In this document: positions 16,451 through 26,737 of the stretch, piece after piece
Layout: every line of letters begins with the position of its first letter
Numbering within the stretch: position 1 is the first letter of the stretch
IMG/VR virus record: IMGVR_UViG_3300048849_000172
Span: 1-51,631 of that record
DNA length: 51,631 bases
Source: a virus
Lineage: Duplodnaviria > Caudoviricetes
Strand: one strand, 5' to 3'
Notes under the pieces: generated by a model
The model's input: the letters and a program-made list of their open reading frames with translations, nothing else
Told to the model about the DNA's origin: nothing
The model's database searches: none
Made by a program: the position numbers and the translations under genes

Positions 16451-16559
16451 GTTGCTCAGCCCGGATGCGTGCGGCGGACGCCTACACCAAGAAGCGAGCC
16501 GGGCTTAAGCCCAGATTTGATGTGCTGCGACATAAGGCCGTGAGCATCTTCGACGGCGC

Positions 16560-16772
16560 TCAGTTGGTCTCACCGCTGATCAATTCATCAAGGATCGCGG
16601 CGAGCATCTCGGCAGAGATCTCTAGGTTATTCCGACGCGCATAATCGATGAGATCACGTAGCGCGTCGACGTCGGTGGTGTCGACCTCGTCGCGTTGATG
16701 ATCTGCAAAGCGTCTTGAGCCATTGGGCACAGAAGTGACCAGCATCAGGATGCCCTTCGGTCCAGTTACCAT
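16560..16772 (-). CDS. Hypothetical protein
   Basis: Helical C-terminus VDALRDLIDYARRNNL...; start uncertain. Confidence 0.45.
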   Translation of the reverse strand: MVTGPKGILMLVTSVPNGSRRFADHQRDEVDTTDVDALRDLIDYARRNNLEISAEMLAAILDELISGETN

Positions 16773-16986
16773 GCGACGAACAGTAAAGCTGGCGCTGCAG
16801 ATTGCGAGAGGAGTGGACGGCCTTTCGAGTTGACGTCCGATCTGAAGAGCTTCGTCCAACATCCTGTGCGCGCGATCGGAAGCAGGCTGCGCGTCACGCC
16901 GGAGCGTGGTGCGTTGTTCACAACCTTTTGTGTGGTGTCACCCCGGACAGCTGACGTTTTCGGACGCCTTTCGTTTGGGGGCTCAC

Positions 16987-17298
16987 ATGGGCAAGGTCCG
17001 CGATCCCTTCTACGTCTCACGCCAGTGGCTGGGACTGCGGGCCGCGGCGCTTAAGCGGGATGGGTATCGGTGCCAGGCGCCGGGCTGCACGGCCCGCGCG
17101 ACCATCGTTGATCACATCATCAGTCGCCGCCGTGGCGGGGCCGACGCGCTGCCAAACCTTCGCAGCCTGTGCCGGCTGCATGACAACCGTGCCAAGGAAG
17201 GGAAGGACGGGCTCAGGCGAAGCGGCGGGGCGCTCGCCAACGGCTTTGACGCCTTCGGGCTGCCCCTGGACCCCTCGCATCACTGGAACGCCTCCTAG
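16987..17298 (+). CDS. Packaging-associated HNH endonuclease
   Basis: RDGYRCQAPGC...VDHII...NLRSLCRLHDN; immediately before terS. Confidence 0.9.
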   Translation: MGKVRDPFYVSRQWLGLRAAALKRDGYRCQAPGCTARATIVDHIISRRRGGADALPNLRSLCRLHDNRAKEGKDGLRRSGGALANGFDAFGLPLDPSHHWNAS

Positions 17299-17329
17299 GC
17301 GCTACCGCTGGCTCCTGCGCGCCGATCCG

Positions 17330-17415
17330 TCCCCGGGGGGGGAGGTCGAAAAGTAGGGGCGAAGGGGGTCTAGACCGGTCCGGGGCTCGATCTTCCATAA
17401 ATCGCCGGAAATAGG
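17330..17415. other. Probable cos packaging region
   Basis: G-run, AAAA and GACCG elements between HNH and terS, as in HK97-type cos phages. Confidence 0.5.
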
Positions 17416-17423
17416 AGTTTCGC

Positions 17424-17846
17424 ATGGCGCAGCGAGGCCGCAGGTCGGCCGCGTCGCTGGCTGTGGTCGCCACCCTTCCGGGGCAGCGGCCCGAGCCGCC
17501 CGTCGATCTCACACCTGCCCAGGCCCAGGTCTGGCGCGCGGTCGCTTCGACCAAGCCGGCCGACTGGTTCACAGCAGACTCTCATCCGCTGCTGGCCGCC
17601 TACTGTAGGCATGTCGTTGCCGCCGATCGCATCGCGCGCCTGATCGATAACCTGGAGGCCGAGGAGCGGCCCGACCTCGGCGAATACAACCACCTCCTGA
17701 AGATGCGGGACCGCGAAAGCCGGGCAATGGTCGGTTTGGCTCGCTCCATGCGCCTGACGCAGCAGAGCCGCTACGACCACAAGACCGGCCATACGGCCGC
17801 CACCCGGGTTGGCGAGGCGCGCAAGCCCTGGGAGATGACCGGGTGA
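17424..17846 (+). CDS. terS: Terminase small subunit
   Basis: P27-like: RGR...PPVDL...LLAAYC...MRLTQQSR; precedes terL. Confidence 0.8.
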   Translation: MAQRGRRSAASLAVVATLPGQRPEPPVDLTPAQAQVWRAVASTKPADWFTADSHPLLAAYCRHVVAADRIARLIDNLEAEERPDLGEYNHLLKMRDRESRAMVGLARSMRLTQQSRYDHKTGHTAATRVGEARKPWEMTG

Positions 17847-19351
17847 CCCGAGGCGAGCGTAACGCCGCCTGGATTGAGTCTGTCTGCCGCGTTCCCGAAG
17901 GCCGTCTTGTCGGCCAGCCCGTCCGGTTGCGGTCCTGGCAGCGGGACGTCCTATGCTCGATTTATGACACGCCGACGCGCCGCGCCCTGATCTCCTTCGG
18001 GCGCAAGAATGGGAAGACGGCGCTGGCCGCTTTCCTACTGCTCCTGCATCTCGTCGGGCCAGAAGCCCGGCCTAACTCGCAGCTCTTCAGCGCCGCTCAG
18101 TCCCGTGACCAGGCCGCCATCCTGTTTTCACTGGCGGCCAAGGTGGTCCGCATGTCGCCGGACCTGTCCCGTTATGTGACGGTGCGGGACACGGCCAAGC
18201 AACTGGCCTGCGGCGAGCTGGGCACGCTCTACCGGGCGCTGTCGGCCGATGCCGCGACCGCTTACGGCCTGTCGCCCGTATTCGTGGTGCATGACGAGCT
18301 AGGCCAGGTGAAGGGGCCTCGGTCGGAACTGTACGAGGCCCTGGAGACGGCGACCGCGGCGCAGGACGAGCCGCTTTCGGTTATCATCTCGACGCAGGCG
18401 CCGACCGATGCGGACCTGCTTTCCGTCCTGATTGACGACGCCAAGAACGGGCATGACCCGCGCGTTAAGCTGCATCTCTACACGGCGCCGACCGACCTTG
18501 ATCCGTTCTCGGACGAGGCAATCAGGGCGGCGAACCCTGCCTTCGGCGACTTCCAGAATGCGGACGAGGTCCGCGCGATGGGGGCTGACGCCAAGCGCAT
18601 GCCGTCGCGCGAGGCTGAATATCGCAACCTGATCCTCAACCAGCGGGTCGAGGCGTCCAACCCGTTCGTTTCCCGCGCAATCTGGGAGGCCAACGCTGCG
18701 CCGCCCTCTGATGACTGGCGGGACGTGCCCGTCTATGCCGGGCTGGACCTGTCGGAGACGTCGGACCTGACGGCGCTGGTTATGGTCGCGCAGGGTCGGC
18801 GGGGCTGGGACGTTAAGCCCGTTTTCTGGCTGCCTCGCCTCGGCCTGGAGGAGAAGGCCCGCCAGGACCGGGTGCCCTATGACCGATGGGCCGCCGACGG
18901 CTTTCTTGAGACGACGCCCGGCCGAGCAATCGAATACGAATTCGTCGCGGAGCGACTGCGGTCCTTCTTCGACGAGTACGACGTCCAGTGCGTGGCCTTC
19001 GACCGCTACAACTTCCGGCACCTTCGTCCCTGGCTTGAGAAGGCCGGGTTCAGCGACGAGGAGATGGGGCGGTTCAAGGAGTTCGGGCAGGGCTTCGTAT
19101 CCATGTCGCCCGCGCTGCGCGACCTTGAGGTGGCGCTGTTGGGTGAGAAGCTGCGGCATGGTGGGCATCCGGTTCTGAGCATGTGCGCCGCGAATGCCGT
19201 GGTGCAGATGGACCCGGCCGGTAACCGAAAGCTGAGCAAGAGCAAGAGCCGGGGCCGCATCGACGGCATGGTGGCCCTGGCCATGGCGATGAGTGTCGCC
19301 GCGACGGCCGAGGACACCACGCCTGCTTACGACATCCTGTTCGTGGGATAG
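17843..19351 (+). CDS. terL: Terminase large subunit
   Basis: GRKNGKT, VVHDE, ISTQ, GLDLS, RIDGMVA motifs. Confidence 0.96.
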   Translation: MTRGERNAAWIESVCRVPEGRLVGQPVRLRSWQRDVLCSIYDTPTRRALISFGRKNGKTALAAFLLLLHLVGPEARPNSQLFSAAQSRDQAAILFSLAAKVVRMSPDLSRYVTVRDTAKQLACGELGTLYRALSADAATAYGLSPVFVVHDELGQVKGPRSELYEALETATAAQDEPLSVIISTQAPTDADLLSVLIDDAKNGHDPRVKLHLYTAPTDLDPFSDEAIRAANPAFGDFQNADEVRAMGADAKRMPSREAEYRNLILNQRVEASNPFVSRAIWEANAAPPSDDWRDVPVYAGLDLSETSDLTALVMVAQGRRGWDVKPVFWLPRLGLEEKARQDRVPYDRWAADGFLETTPGRAIEYEFVAERLRSFFDEYDVQCVAFDRYNFRHLRPWLEKAGFSDEEMGRFKEFGQGFVSMSPALRDLEVALLGEKLRHGGHPVLSMCAANAVVQMDPAGNRKLSKSKSRGRIDGMVALAMAMSVAATAEDTTPAYDILFVG

Positions 19352-19356
19352 GAGGA

Positions 19357-21312
19357 GTGATGGAACAGCGCGCCTATTCCATCCTGCACGTCAAGAGTCT
19401 GTCCGACGAGGAGCGGGTCATTCGCGGGGTCGCGACGACCCCGGAAGTCGACCGGATGGGCGACGTCGTCGAGCCGCTAGGCGTTCGGTTCAAGAACCCG
19501 ATGCCGCTGCTGCACCAGCATGACGCGCGTCTGCCGGTGGGAACAGTTGAGTTCGACGCCCCGACCGAGAAGGGCATCACCTTCACGGCCCGGCTGCCCA
19601 AGATCGAGGAGCCGGGCGCGCTGCGCGACCGGATCGAGACGGCCTGGGGCGAGATCAAGGCCGGCCTCATTCGAGGCGTCTCCATCGGGTTCCGGCCCCT
19701 GGAGGATGCCGTCGAGCTCCTTCGCTCCGGAGGCCTGCGATTCCTCAAGACCGAGGTCCTGGAGCTTTCGCTGGTCACCGTGCCGGCCCATGCGGGCGCC
19801 GGGATCCGCGAGATCAAGCAATTCGACGAGGGGGCGCCGGCCGCGACAGGCCGCGAGGCGCTTCTCGCGAAGGCAAAGCCGCCCGGCGCCACGGGCATCC
19901 CTGACAGCAAGCAGAAAGGAAGCCGACCCGTGGCTACCATCGCAGAACAGATCGCCGCGTTCGAGGCGAAGCGCCAGGCCAAGGCCGCGCGCATGAGCGA
20001 GATCATGCAGAAGGCCGCCGACGAGGGCACTACCCTCGACCAGGCCCAGGAGCAGGAATACGACGACCTCGCTGCCGAGGTAACCTCGATCGACAAGCAC
20101 CTGTCCCGCCTCGCGGTGCAGGAGAAGATGGCCGCCAGTACCGCGCGCCCCGTGGCCGCGGTCGGCGCCGTCGCCGCCGCCTCCGAGGCCCGCTCCGGCA
20201 TCCAGGTCATCGCCCGCAAGGAGGCGCCGGGCATCGAGTTCGCCCGCGTGGTCAAGTGCATCGGCAAGGCGCAGGGCAACCGCCGCGAGGCTGCCGAGAT
20301 GGCCCGGGAGATCTACGGCTCTGACAGCGCCGTCGCCATGACCCTCAAGGCGGCGGTTTCCGCCGGCAACACCGGCACTGGCTGGGCGGCCAACCTGACG
20401 GGCGCCGAGACGGCCGTCTATGCCGACTTCGTCGAGTTCCTGCGCCCGCAGACGATCCTTGGCCGGTTTGGCCAGGGCGGCATCCCCGCGCTGCGCCGGG
20501 TGCCGTTCCGGACGCCGCTGATCGGCCAGACGGCGGGCGGCGAGGGCTACTGGGTCGGCGAGGGTGCAGCCAAGCCGCTGACCGCCTTCGACTTCAGCCG
20601 CACGACCCTGGAGCCGCTGAAGGTTGCGAACATCGCCGTGGTGACGATGGAGACGCTGAATAATTCCTCGCCGGCCGCCGACCAGATCATCCGCGACCAG
20701 CTCGCCGCGGCGCTGCGCCAGCGTCTTGACACCGACTTCATCGACCCTGCCAAGGCGGCGGTGGCCGGTATCTCCCCGGCCTCCGTCACCAACGGGGCGA
20801 CCGCCATCCCGGCCAGCGGTACCGACGCCGACGCAGTTCGGGCCGATGTCCGTGCCCTGTTCGCGACGTTTATCGCGGCCAACAATGCCCCCACGACCGG
20901 CGTCTGGATCATGTCGGCCACGACTGCGCTGGCACTGTCCATGATGACCAATCCGCTGGGCCAGCCGGAGTTCCCCGGCCTGGGCATGAATGGCGGCACC
21001 TTCCAGGGCCTGCCGGCGCTGGTATCCGAGTACGCGGGCGACATGCTGGCGCTCGTCAACGCCTCGGACATCTACCTGGGCGACGACGGCGGGATCCGCG
21101 TCGACATGTCGCGCGAGGCGTCGCTGGAGATGTCCAACACCCCGACCGGATCCAGCGTGACGCCGACCGCCTCGACGCTGGTCAGCCTCTGGCAGACCAA
21201 CAGTGTCGGCTTCCTGGCCGAGCGGGAGATCAACTGGGCGCGCCGCCGCCCCGGCGCCGTCGCCTACCTGACCGGCGTCGCCTACGGAACCACCGCCCCC
21301 GCGACCCCGTAG
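19357..21312 (+). CDS. Fused HK97 prohead protease - major capsid protein
   Basis: N-terminal LLHQH, GVSIGF, ELSLVTVPA; coiled-coil delta domain; HK97 capsid WVGEG..KP; no stop between domains. Confidence 0.92.
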   Translation: MMEQRAYSILHVKSLSDEERVIRGVATTPEVDRMGDVVEPLGVRFKNPMPLLHQHDARLPVGTVEFDAPTEKGITFTARLPKIEEPGALRDRIETAWGEIKAGLIRGVSIGFRPLEDAVELLRSGGLRFLKTEVLELSLVTVPAHAGAGIREIKQFDEGAPAATGREALLAKAKPPGATGIPDSKQKGSRPVATIAEQIAAFEAKRQAKAARMSEIMQKAADEGTTLDQAQEQEYDDLAAEVTSIDKHLSRLAVQEKMAASTARPVAAVGAVAAASEARSGIQVIARKEAPGIEFARVVKCIGKAQGNRREAAEMAREIYGSDSAVAMTLKAAVSAGNTGTGWAANLTGAETAVYADFVEFLRPQTILGRFGQGGIPALRRVPFRTPLIGQTAGGEGYWVGEGAAKPLTAFDFSRTTLEPLKVANIAVVTMETLNNSSPAADQIIRDQLAAALRQRLDTDFIDPAKAAVAGISPASVTNGATAIPASGTDADAVRADVRALFATFIAANNAPTTGVWIMSATTALALSMMTNPLGQPEFPGLGMNGGTFQGLPALVSEYAGDMLALVNASDIYLGDDGGIRVDMSREASLEMSNTPTGSSVTPTASTLVSLWQTNSVGFLAEREINWARRRPGAVAYLTGVAYGTTAPATP

Positions 21313-21364
21313 ATCTGAATGGGGCGGGCGGCGGTAACCTGCAGCCCCCCTTTCTTCGTGGAGG

Positions 21365-21664
21365 ATGCCCATGGCCCGTCTCATCGCGACCAAGCCGATG
21401 ACCTACGCCACGCGCAGGCTGCAGGCGGGTGACGCCTTCGATGCGCCGGCCCGGGATGCGCGTGTTCTCCTGGCCATTCGGAAGGCGAAGGCGGCCGGAG
21501 AGGCCGCCCCGTCGCCGGCGGCCCCGGAACCCCCGGCCCCGGCCGAGGACGCCGACCTGGAAGCCCTGCGCGCCGAAGCGGAGCGCCTGGGGATCGACGT
21601 GGACGGGCGCTGGGGTACTAAGCGGCTCCGCTCCGAGATCGGCCGCGCGACCAAGGCTGACTGA
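21365..21664 (+). CDS. Small head-associated protein
   Basis: GGAGG RBS; C-terminal LRAEAERLGIDVDGRWG helix-extension-helix-like motif. Confidence 0.75.
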   Translation: MPMARLIATKPMTYATRRLQAGDAFDAPARDARVLLAIRKAKAAGEAAPSPAAPEPPAPAEDADLEALRAEAERLGIDVDGRWGTKRLRSEIGRATKAD

Positions 21665-23013
21665 TGCGCGTCCTTGGCCTGGAGATCAGCCGCGCGAAAG
21701 CCGCGGCGCCGGCTCCCGTCGACAGCGGGCGCGGCGGGTGGGTCTCGGTCATCCGTGAATCCTTCTTGGGCGCCTGGCAGCGCAATATCGAGATCAGCCG
21801 GGATTCCGTCCTTTCCTTTCATGCGGTCTATGCCTGCGCGACCCGGATTGCTTCGGACGTGGCAAAGCTGCGGGTGAAGCTGGTCCAGCAGGACGTCAGT
21901 GGTATCTGGGCCGAGGTTTCGAACCCCGCCTATTCGCCCGTGCTGCGCAAGCCAAACGCCACCCAGAACCGCATCCAGTTCTGGGAAACGTGGATTCTCT
22001 CCAAGCTCCTCCACGGCAACGCCTATGTGCTCAAGCGCAGGGACGGCCGCGGCGTGGTGACGGCGCTCTACGTCCTCGACCCGACCCTCGTCCGGGCGCT
22101 CGTCGCGGAGGACGGGTCGGTCTTTTACGAGATCCAGCCCGACAATATCGCGGGCGTCACCGAGACCATCGTCGCTCCGGCCCGCGAGATCATTCACGAC
22201 CGCTGGAACACCATTTTCCACCCGCTGGTCGGCGTCTCGCCGATCTACGCCTGCGGCCTGGCCGCGACGCAGGGGCTGCGCATCCAGGAGAGCTCGACCC
22301 GCTTCTTCGCCAATGACAGCAAGCCGGGCGGCATCCTGACGGCCCCGGGAAAGATCAGCAACGAGACAGCGGAGCGCCTCAAGGCGGCCTGGGAGCAGAA
22401 CTATGGCGGCGCCAATACTGGGCGCGTCGCGGTGCTGGGCGACGGGCTGAAATACGAGCGGACGGCGGTCACCGCGACCGATGCGCAGCTTATCGAGCAG
22501 CTCAAATGGACCGCCGAGGTCGTCTGTTCCTGCTTCCACGTCCCGCCTTACAAGATCGGGATCGGGCCGGCCCCGGCCTACAACAACATCCAGGCGCTGA
22601 ACGTCGAGTATTACGCGCAGTGCCTCCAGGTGCTCATCGAAGCCGCCGAGGTCTGCCTCGACGAAGGGCTCGAGATGGCGCCGGGCATCGGGACCGAGTT
22701 CGACCTCGACGGCCTGCTGCGCATGGACAGCCTGGCGCAGATCCAGGTGCTCAAGGAAGCGGTCGGATCCAAGATCATGCACCCGAACGAGGCGCGGAAG
22801 AAGATCGACCTGCAGCCCTCGGCTGGTGGCGACGCGCTCTATGGGCAGCAGCAGGATTACAGCCTGGAGGCCCTCGCCAAGCGCGACGCGCGGCCAGACC
22901 CGTTTGCTCCGGCGTCGGCTGGCGCGGTCAGCGAGCCCGCGGCGCAGGATGACGCGGCGGTTGCATCCGAAGCCCGAGCCGCCCTGGTCGAAATCTATAA
23001 GGGGCTCGCCTGA
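21664..23013 (+). CDS. HK97-family portal protein
   Basis: AVYAC..IA, LLHGNAY, GVSPI, FHVPPYKIG, PNEARK. Confidence 0.95.
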   Translation: MRVLGLEISRAKAAAPAPVDSGRGGWVSVIRESFLGAWQRNIEISRDSVLSFHAVYACATRIASDVAKLRVKLVQQDVSGIWAEVSNPAYSPVLRKPNATQNRIQFWETWILSKLLHGNAYVLKRRDGRGVVTALYVLDPTLVRALVAEDGSVFYEIQPDNIAGVTETIVAPAREIIHDRWNTIFHPLVGVSPIYACGLAATQGLRIQESSTRFFANDSKPGGILTAPGKISNETAERLKAAWEQNYGGANTGRVAVLGDGLKYERTAVTATDAQLIEQLKWTAEVVCSCFHVPPYKIGIGPAPAYNNIQALNVEYYAQCLQVLIEAAEVCLDEGLEMAPGIGTEFDLDGLLRMDSLAQIQVLKEAVGSKIMHPNEARKKIDLQPSAGGDALYGQQQDYSLEALAKRDARPDPFAPASAGAVSEPAAQDDAAVASEARAALVEIYKGLA

Positions 23014-24038
23014 TGTTCGACGGAAAGGCGTTCGGCCAGGAGGTCGTGGAGGCCGTGAAGGCCCATCTCGGCCGGGTCGTTGAGCCTCTGCTGTCGCGCA
23101 TTGAGGCTCTGGAGAAGCGCCTGACCGCGTTGCCGGTGCCGCGCGACGGGCAGGACGGCAAGGATGGCCGGGACGGTCGGGACCCTGATCCTGCAGCGAT
23201 CCAGCGCATGGTGGACGAGGCGGTCGCCAGAATGCCGGTTCCAAAGGATGGCAGGGACGGTAAGGACGCGGATGCGGAGACCGTGGCCGCCACCCTGCGT
23301 GATCAACTGGAGCGGATGGTTGCGGAGGCTTTGGACCGGGCTGTGGCGGCTCTACCGTCTCCTAGGGATGGTCGTGATGCCGATCCCGAGCAGATCCGCG
23401 CGGCGGTGGCGCGAGAGGTTAGAGAGGCTGTGGCTGCGATCCCCGCGCCCAAGGACGGCACCAGCGTCTCCCCCGACGAGGTGGCGCAGATGGTGGCCGC
23501 CCAGGTGCAAAAGGCCGTCGAGGTGATGCCCAAGCCGCGCGACGGTGCCGGGGTCGCCGGGGCCCTTATCGACCGCAAGGGATCGCTGGTGCTGACCCTT
23601 TCGGATGGCACGGTCAAGGATCTCGGGCCGGTCGTGGGCCGCAACGTGGACCTGGTCGAAGTCGAGCGTATGGTGGCGAAGGCGGTCGACGCCATTCCCC
23701 GGCCGCGAGACGCTTTCGGCTTCGACGACCTAACCGTCGAGCATGACGGCGAGCGCAATATCGTCCTGCGGTTTGTCCGGGGTGACCAGACGAAGGAGTT
23801 CCCCCTGACCGTGCCTGTGGTCCTGGACCGCGGCGTGTGGCGGGAGGGCGAGTATCAGAAGGGCGATGCGGTGACCTGGGGCGGCTCGCTCTGGATCGCC
23901 CAGGAGAAGACCTCGGAGAAGCCCGAGACGGGCGCCGGCTGGCGCCTGGCGGTCAAGAGGGGGCGGGATGGCAAGGACGGCGCCGCGCCCAAGGCCACGC
24001 CCGGGCCCATCCGCGTAGCTCCGGCGGCGGGCGCATAA
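23013..24038 (+). CDS. Portal-associated protein with PxDGxDG collagen-like repeats
   Basis: Repeated P(R/K)DG(R/K)DG; C-terminal YQKGDAVTWGGSLW..WRLAVKRGRDG. Confidence 0.8.
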   Translation: MFDGKAFGQEVVEAVKAHLGRVVEPLLSRIEALEKRLTALPVPRDGQDGKDGRDGRDPDPAAIQRMVDEAVARMPVPKDGRDGKDADAETVAATLRDQLERMVAEALDRAVAALPSPRDGRDADPEQIRAAVAREVREAVAAIPAPKDGTSVSPDEVAQMVAAQVQKAVEVMPKPRDGAGVAGALIDRKGSLVLTLSDGTVKDLGPVVGRNVDLVEVERMVAKAVDAIPRPRDAFGFDDLTVEHDGERNIVLRFVRGDQTKEFPLTVPVVLDRGVWREGEYQKGDAVTWGGSLWIAQEKTSEKPETGAGWRLAVKRGRDGKDGAAPKATPGPIRVAPAAGA

Positions 24039-24670
24039 TGCTGACCGTCATCACACCCGCTCTCAGCTACCGCCTGACCAGCGAAGTCCGCGCTCGGGAC
24101 CAACTGCAACTGTCCGTAGAGGCGGTGCCGGGCCCCTATCTGCTGGACCTGATCGACGCGGCTTCATCCACGATCGTGAACCATTGCAACCGGGCCTTCG
24201 CCCGGGAAACGGTGGCAGAGACCGTTCGCCCCTGCGGCCCCGGGCCGCTCATCTTGTCCCGCGCGCCGGTAGTTGGCGACGTCGCTGTCCTGTTGGACGG
24301 GAACGCGGTGGCTGCCGACACCATGGAGTGCAATCGCTCCGCCGGCCTGCTGTACCGCCTGGATGGCTGGGGGCGCTCGCCGTGGTACGGGCGCTCCGCC
24401 GTGGTCACCTACACCGCCGGATGGATCCTGCCTGAAGACAGCACATTCGGGACCGCGCTTTCGGCCGATCGCCTGCCGGCTGATGTGGAGCAGGCGTGCC
24501 TGACCCTGGTCGCAGCCCGGATCGCAGGGCGCGGCCGAGACCCAATGCTCCGCTCCGAGAGTACCGAGGGCGTTGGCTCCGCTTCCTACATCGCAACCGC
24601 CGACATGGGTGCAATGCCGCCCCAGGCAACCGCGGCGCTGGCGCCATATCTCCGCATGGGCTTCGCCTGA
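24038..24670 (+). CDS. Head-tail connector (gp6-like)
   Basis: LIDAAS.I..HCNR.F, VTYTAGW, LPADVEQA. Confidence 0.8.
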   Translation: MLTVITPALSYRLTSEVRARDQLQLSVEAVPGPYLLDLIDAASSTIVNHCNRAFARETVAETVRPCGPGPLILSRAPVVGDVAVLLDGNAVAADTMECNRSAGLLYRLDGWGRSPWYGRSAVVTYTAGWILPEDSTFGTALSADRLPADVEQACLTLVAARIAGRGRDPMLRSESTEGVGSASYIATADMGAMPPQATAALAPYLRMGFA

Positions 24671-24671
24671 C

Positions 24672-25004
24672 ATGGGCCAGATGCTCGAAACCCGCCGGCG
24701 GATGATCCGGAGCCGGGGGAGGACCATGCGCCTGATCCGGCGCGCCACGAATGGCGTGCCGCAGCAGACGGTGGACCTGATGGGCTTCCCGCGCCTCTAC
24801 CGGCCCGGGGAGATCGAAGGCGCCATCCAGCAGGGCGACCAGCAGGTGGAGATCCTGGCGGACGAGCTAGATGCGGCGGGTTTCGGCGCTCCGACCACGG
24901 GGCATTTGCTGGTGCTCGATGGGCGCCAGGTCACCCTGCAGGGAGCCCGGCCGATCTATGAGGGGGCGGACCTGATCGGCCACTCGCTTTGGGTGCGCGG
25001 ATGA
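24672..25004 (+). CDS. Head closure protein
   Basis: Position and size (110 aa, beta-rich). Confidence 0.6.
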   Translation: MGQMLETRRRMIRSRGRTMRLIRRATNGVPQQTVDLMGFPRLYRPGEIEGAIQQGDQQVEILADELDAAGFGAPTTGHLLVLDGRQVTLQGARPIYEGADLIGHSLWVRG

Positions 25005-25441
25005 GCAGCCCCGAGGTTTGGACGGACGCGAAGGCCCGCATCGAGGCCGCCGCCGGCGCCCTTGGACTGCCGGTAGCCTGGCCGAATGAGCCCTTCCCGG
25101 ATCCGCAGCCCTATGACGCGGCCACCGGCGCTCCCTTCCACTGGCTCGCGGTGGAGATCAGCGGCGACCTGTCAGAGGCGATGGAGCTGGGCAGGGAAGG
25201 GGTGTGGGAGGAGACCGGCATGGTCCACCTGCACCTGATGATCCCGACCGGTTCCGGCATCGCCTCAGGGCTGGCGGAGCGCAAGGCTCTGGCCAACGCC
25301 TTCCGGGGCTTGCCGCCTGCGGCTGTGACCTACCGCGGCGCCATCCTCGACCCCAGCGGCCCGGCGGATGAGGACGGCAACTGGGCGCGACTGGCCCTGC
25401 GCATTCCGTACTCCTACCAGGATTTCACCATCCCAGCTTGA
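25001..25441 (+). CDS. Tail terminator-like protein
   Basis: VAWPN..F...P.G.G pattern; position. Confidence 0.7.
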   Translation: MSSPEVWTDAKARIEAAAGALGLPVAWPNEPFPDPQPYDAATGAPFHWLAVEISGDLSEAMELGREGVWEETGMVHLHLMIPTGSGIASGLAERKALANAFRGLPPAAVTYRGAILDPSGPADEDGNWARLALRIPYSYQDFTIPA

Positions 25442-25451
25442 GGAGGCCGCC

Positions 25452-25619
25452 ATGGCCGAGAAGACGGTGACCTACGTCATCAAGGGCCCGGACGGGAAGA
25501 AGGCCGGCGAGCAGACCGTGCCGGAGAACTTCTCACCGCACCTGCTGTCAGGGCAGCGGGCCGAGATCGCCGAGCCGAAGCCCAAGGCCGCCGAAAAGCC
25601 GGCCGCCAAGGGCGCCTGA
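25452..25619 (+). CDS. Small hypothetical virion protein
   Basis: GGAGG RBS, 55 aa. Confidence 0.55.
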   Translation: MAEKTVTYVIKGPDGKKAGEQTVPENFSPHLLSGQRAEIAEPKPKAAEKPAAKGA

Positions 25620-25651
25620 ACCCGGGGCCATCGGCCTCATCGTCACGCAAT

Positions 25652-25677
25652 AGGGCGTCCCTCGGGGCGCCCTTTTT
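25652..25677 (+). terminator. Intrinsic terminator-like hairpin before tail tube gene
   Basis: AGGGCGTCC-CTCG-GGGCGCCCT plus T tract. Confidence 0.55.
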
Positions 25678-25692
25678 CATGGAGAAAGACCG

Positions 25693-26634
25693 ATGGCAGG
25701 GACCACCGGCTATCAGGCGGGCGTGGAGAGCAGCTTCGCCCAGATCGCCTACATGCAGGAGACAGCCTGGGGCGTTCTGCCGGGATCTCCCCAGCTTCAG
25801 GCCATTCGCTACACGGGCGAGAGCCTGTCGGGCAGCAAGACGCGGACCCGGCCGAACGAGATCCGCATCGACCGCCAGGCTTCGGCCGCGGTGACGACGG
25901 AGGAGACGGCCGGCGGCGGCATCAACTTTGCCCTCAGCTATGGCACCTTCGACGACATCCTGTCCGGTGTCATGGGCAACGACTGGGCGGCCGACGTGCT
26001 CAAGCCCGGCTCGCTCTTCAAGTCATTCCTCGTGGAGAAGCGGTTCAGTCCGGCGCTCTTCCTGCGCTACCCCGGCGCCTTCTTCTCTTCGGCTTCGCTG
26101 ACGGTGGCGCGCGGGCAGTTTCTGTCCGGCAGCTTCAACGTCATCGCCAAGGAGGAGGCCGACTTCATCACCTCGGCCTCGACCGCCGCCTATACCCCGG
26201 CCCCGAACGGCCGCGTGATGGACCCCGTCGCCGGTGTGCAGGAGGTGATGCTGGACGGGGCGCCGATCGCGACCGGCTGCAACTCCATCACCCTGAACAT
26301 CACCAATGACGGTGCAGCCGCGGACTTCGCGCTGGGCTCAGCCGCTGCGCAGGGCATGCGCATGGGTACGCTGACCGTGGGTGGCACGGCGGAGTTCTAC
26401 TTCCGCGACTTCACCCTGTACCAGCGGTTCAAGTCCGAGACGGCCGGCGCCTTCTCCTTCCGCACGGTGGACGTAGACGGCAATGGGTATCGGTTCACGG
26501 TGCCGCAGGCGGTCATCACCAACCCGCGCATCACGGCCGGTGGCATCAACCAGGCCGTGATGGCGGTCTGCGACATTGAAGGCAATCCGCACCCGACGAA
26601 TGGCTCGGTGATGATCGAGCGCATTCCCGCCTGA
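25693..26634 (+). CDS. Tail tube (major tail) protein
   Basis: E.AWG..P...IRYTGESL...EIR.DRQ; position before chaperone. Confidence 0.85.
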   Translation: MAGTTGYQAGVESSFAQIAYMQETAWGVLPGSPQLQAIRYTGESLSGSKTRTRPNEIRIDRQASAAVTTEETAGGGINFALSYGTFDDILSGVMGNDWAADVLKPGSLFKSFLVEKRFSPALFLRYPGAFFSSASLTVARGQFLSGSFNVIAKEEADFITSASTAAYTPAPNGRVMDPVAGVQEVMLDGAPIATGCNSITLNITNDGAAADFALGSAAAQGMRMGTLTVGGTAEFYFRDFTLYQRFKSETAGAFSFRTVDVDGNGYRFTVPQAVITNPRITAGGINQAVMAVCDIEGNPHPTNGSVMIERIPA

Positions 26635-26737
26635 CGATCGCGCAGCCAGCGCCGCGGCGCTGGCGCGTGAAGGGGCCGGCGCTGTCGTGCGGGCAGCGCC
26701 GGCCCCGCCTCCCGCACAACCGCACAGGACACCGCAC

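Noticed and set aside
19477-23244. Very long antisense ORFs (638 aa, 613 aa) and similar shadow ORFs elsewhere
   Set aside because: Mirror well-supported genes in GC-rich DNA; no motifs or RBS
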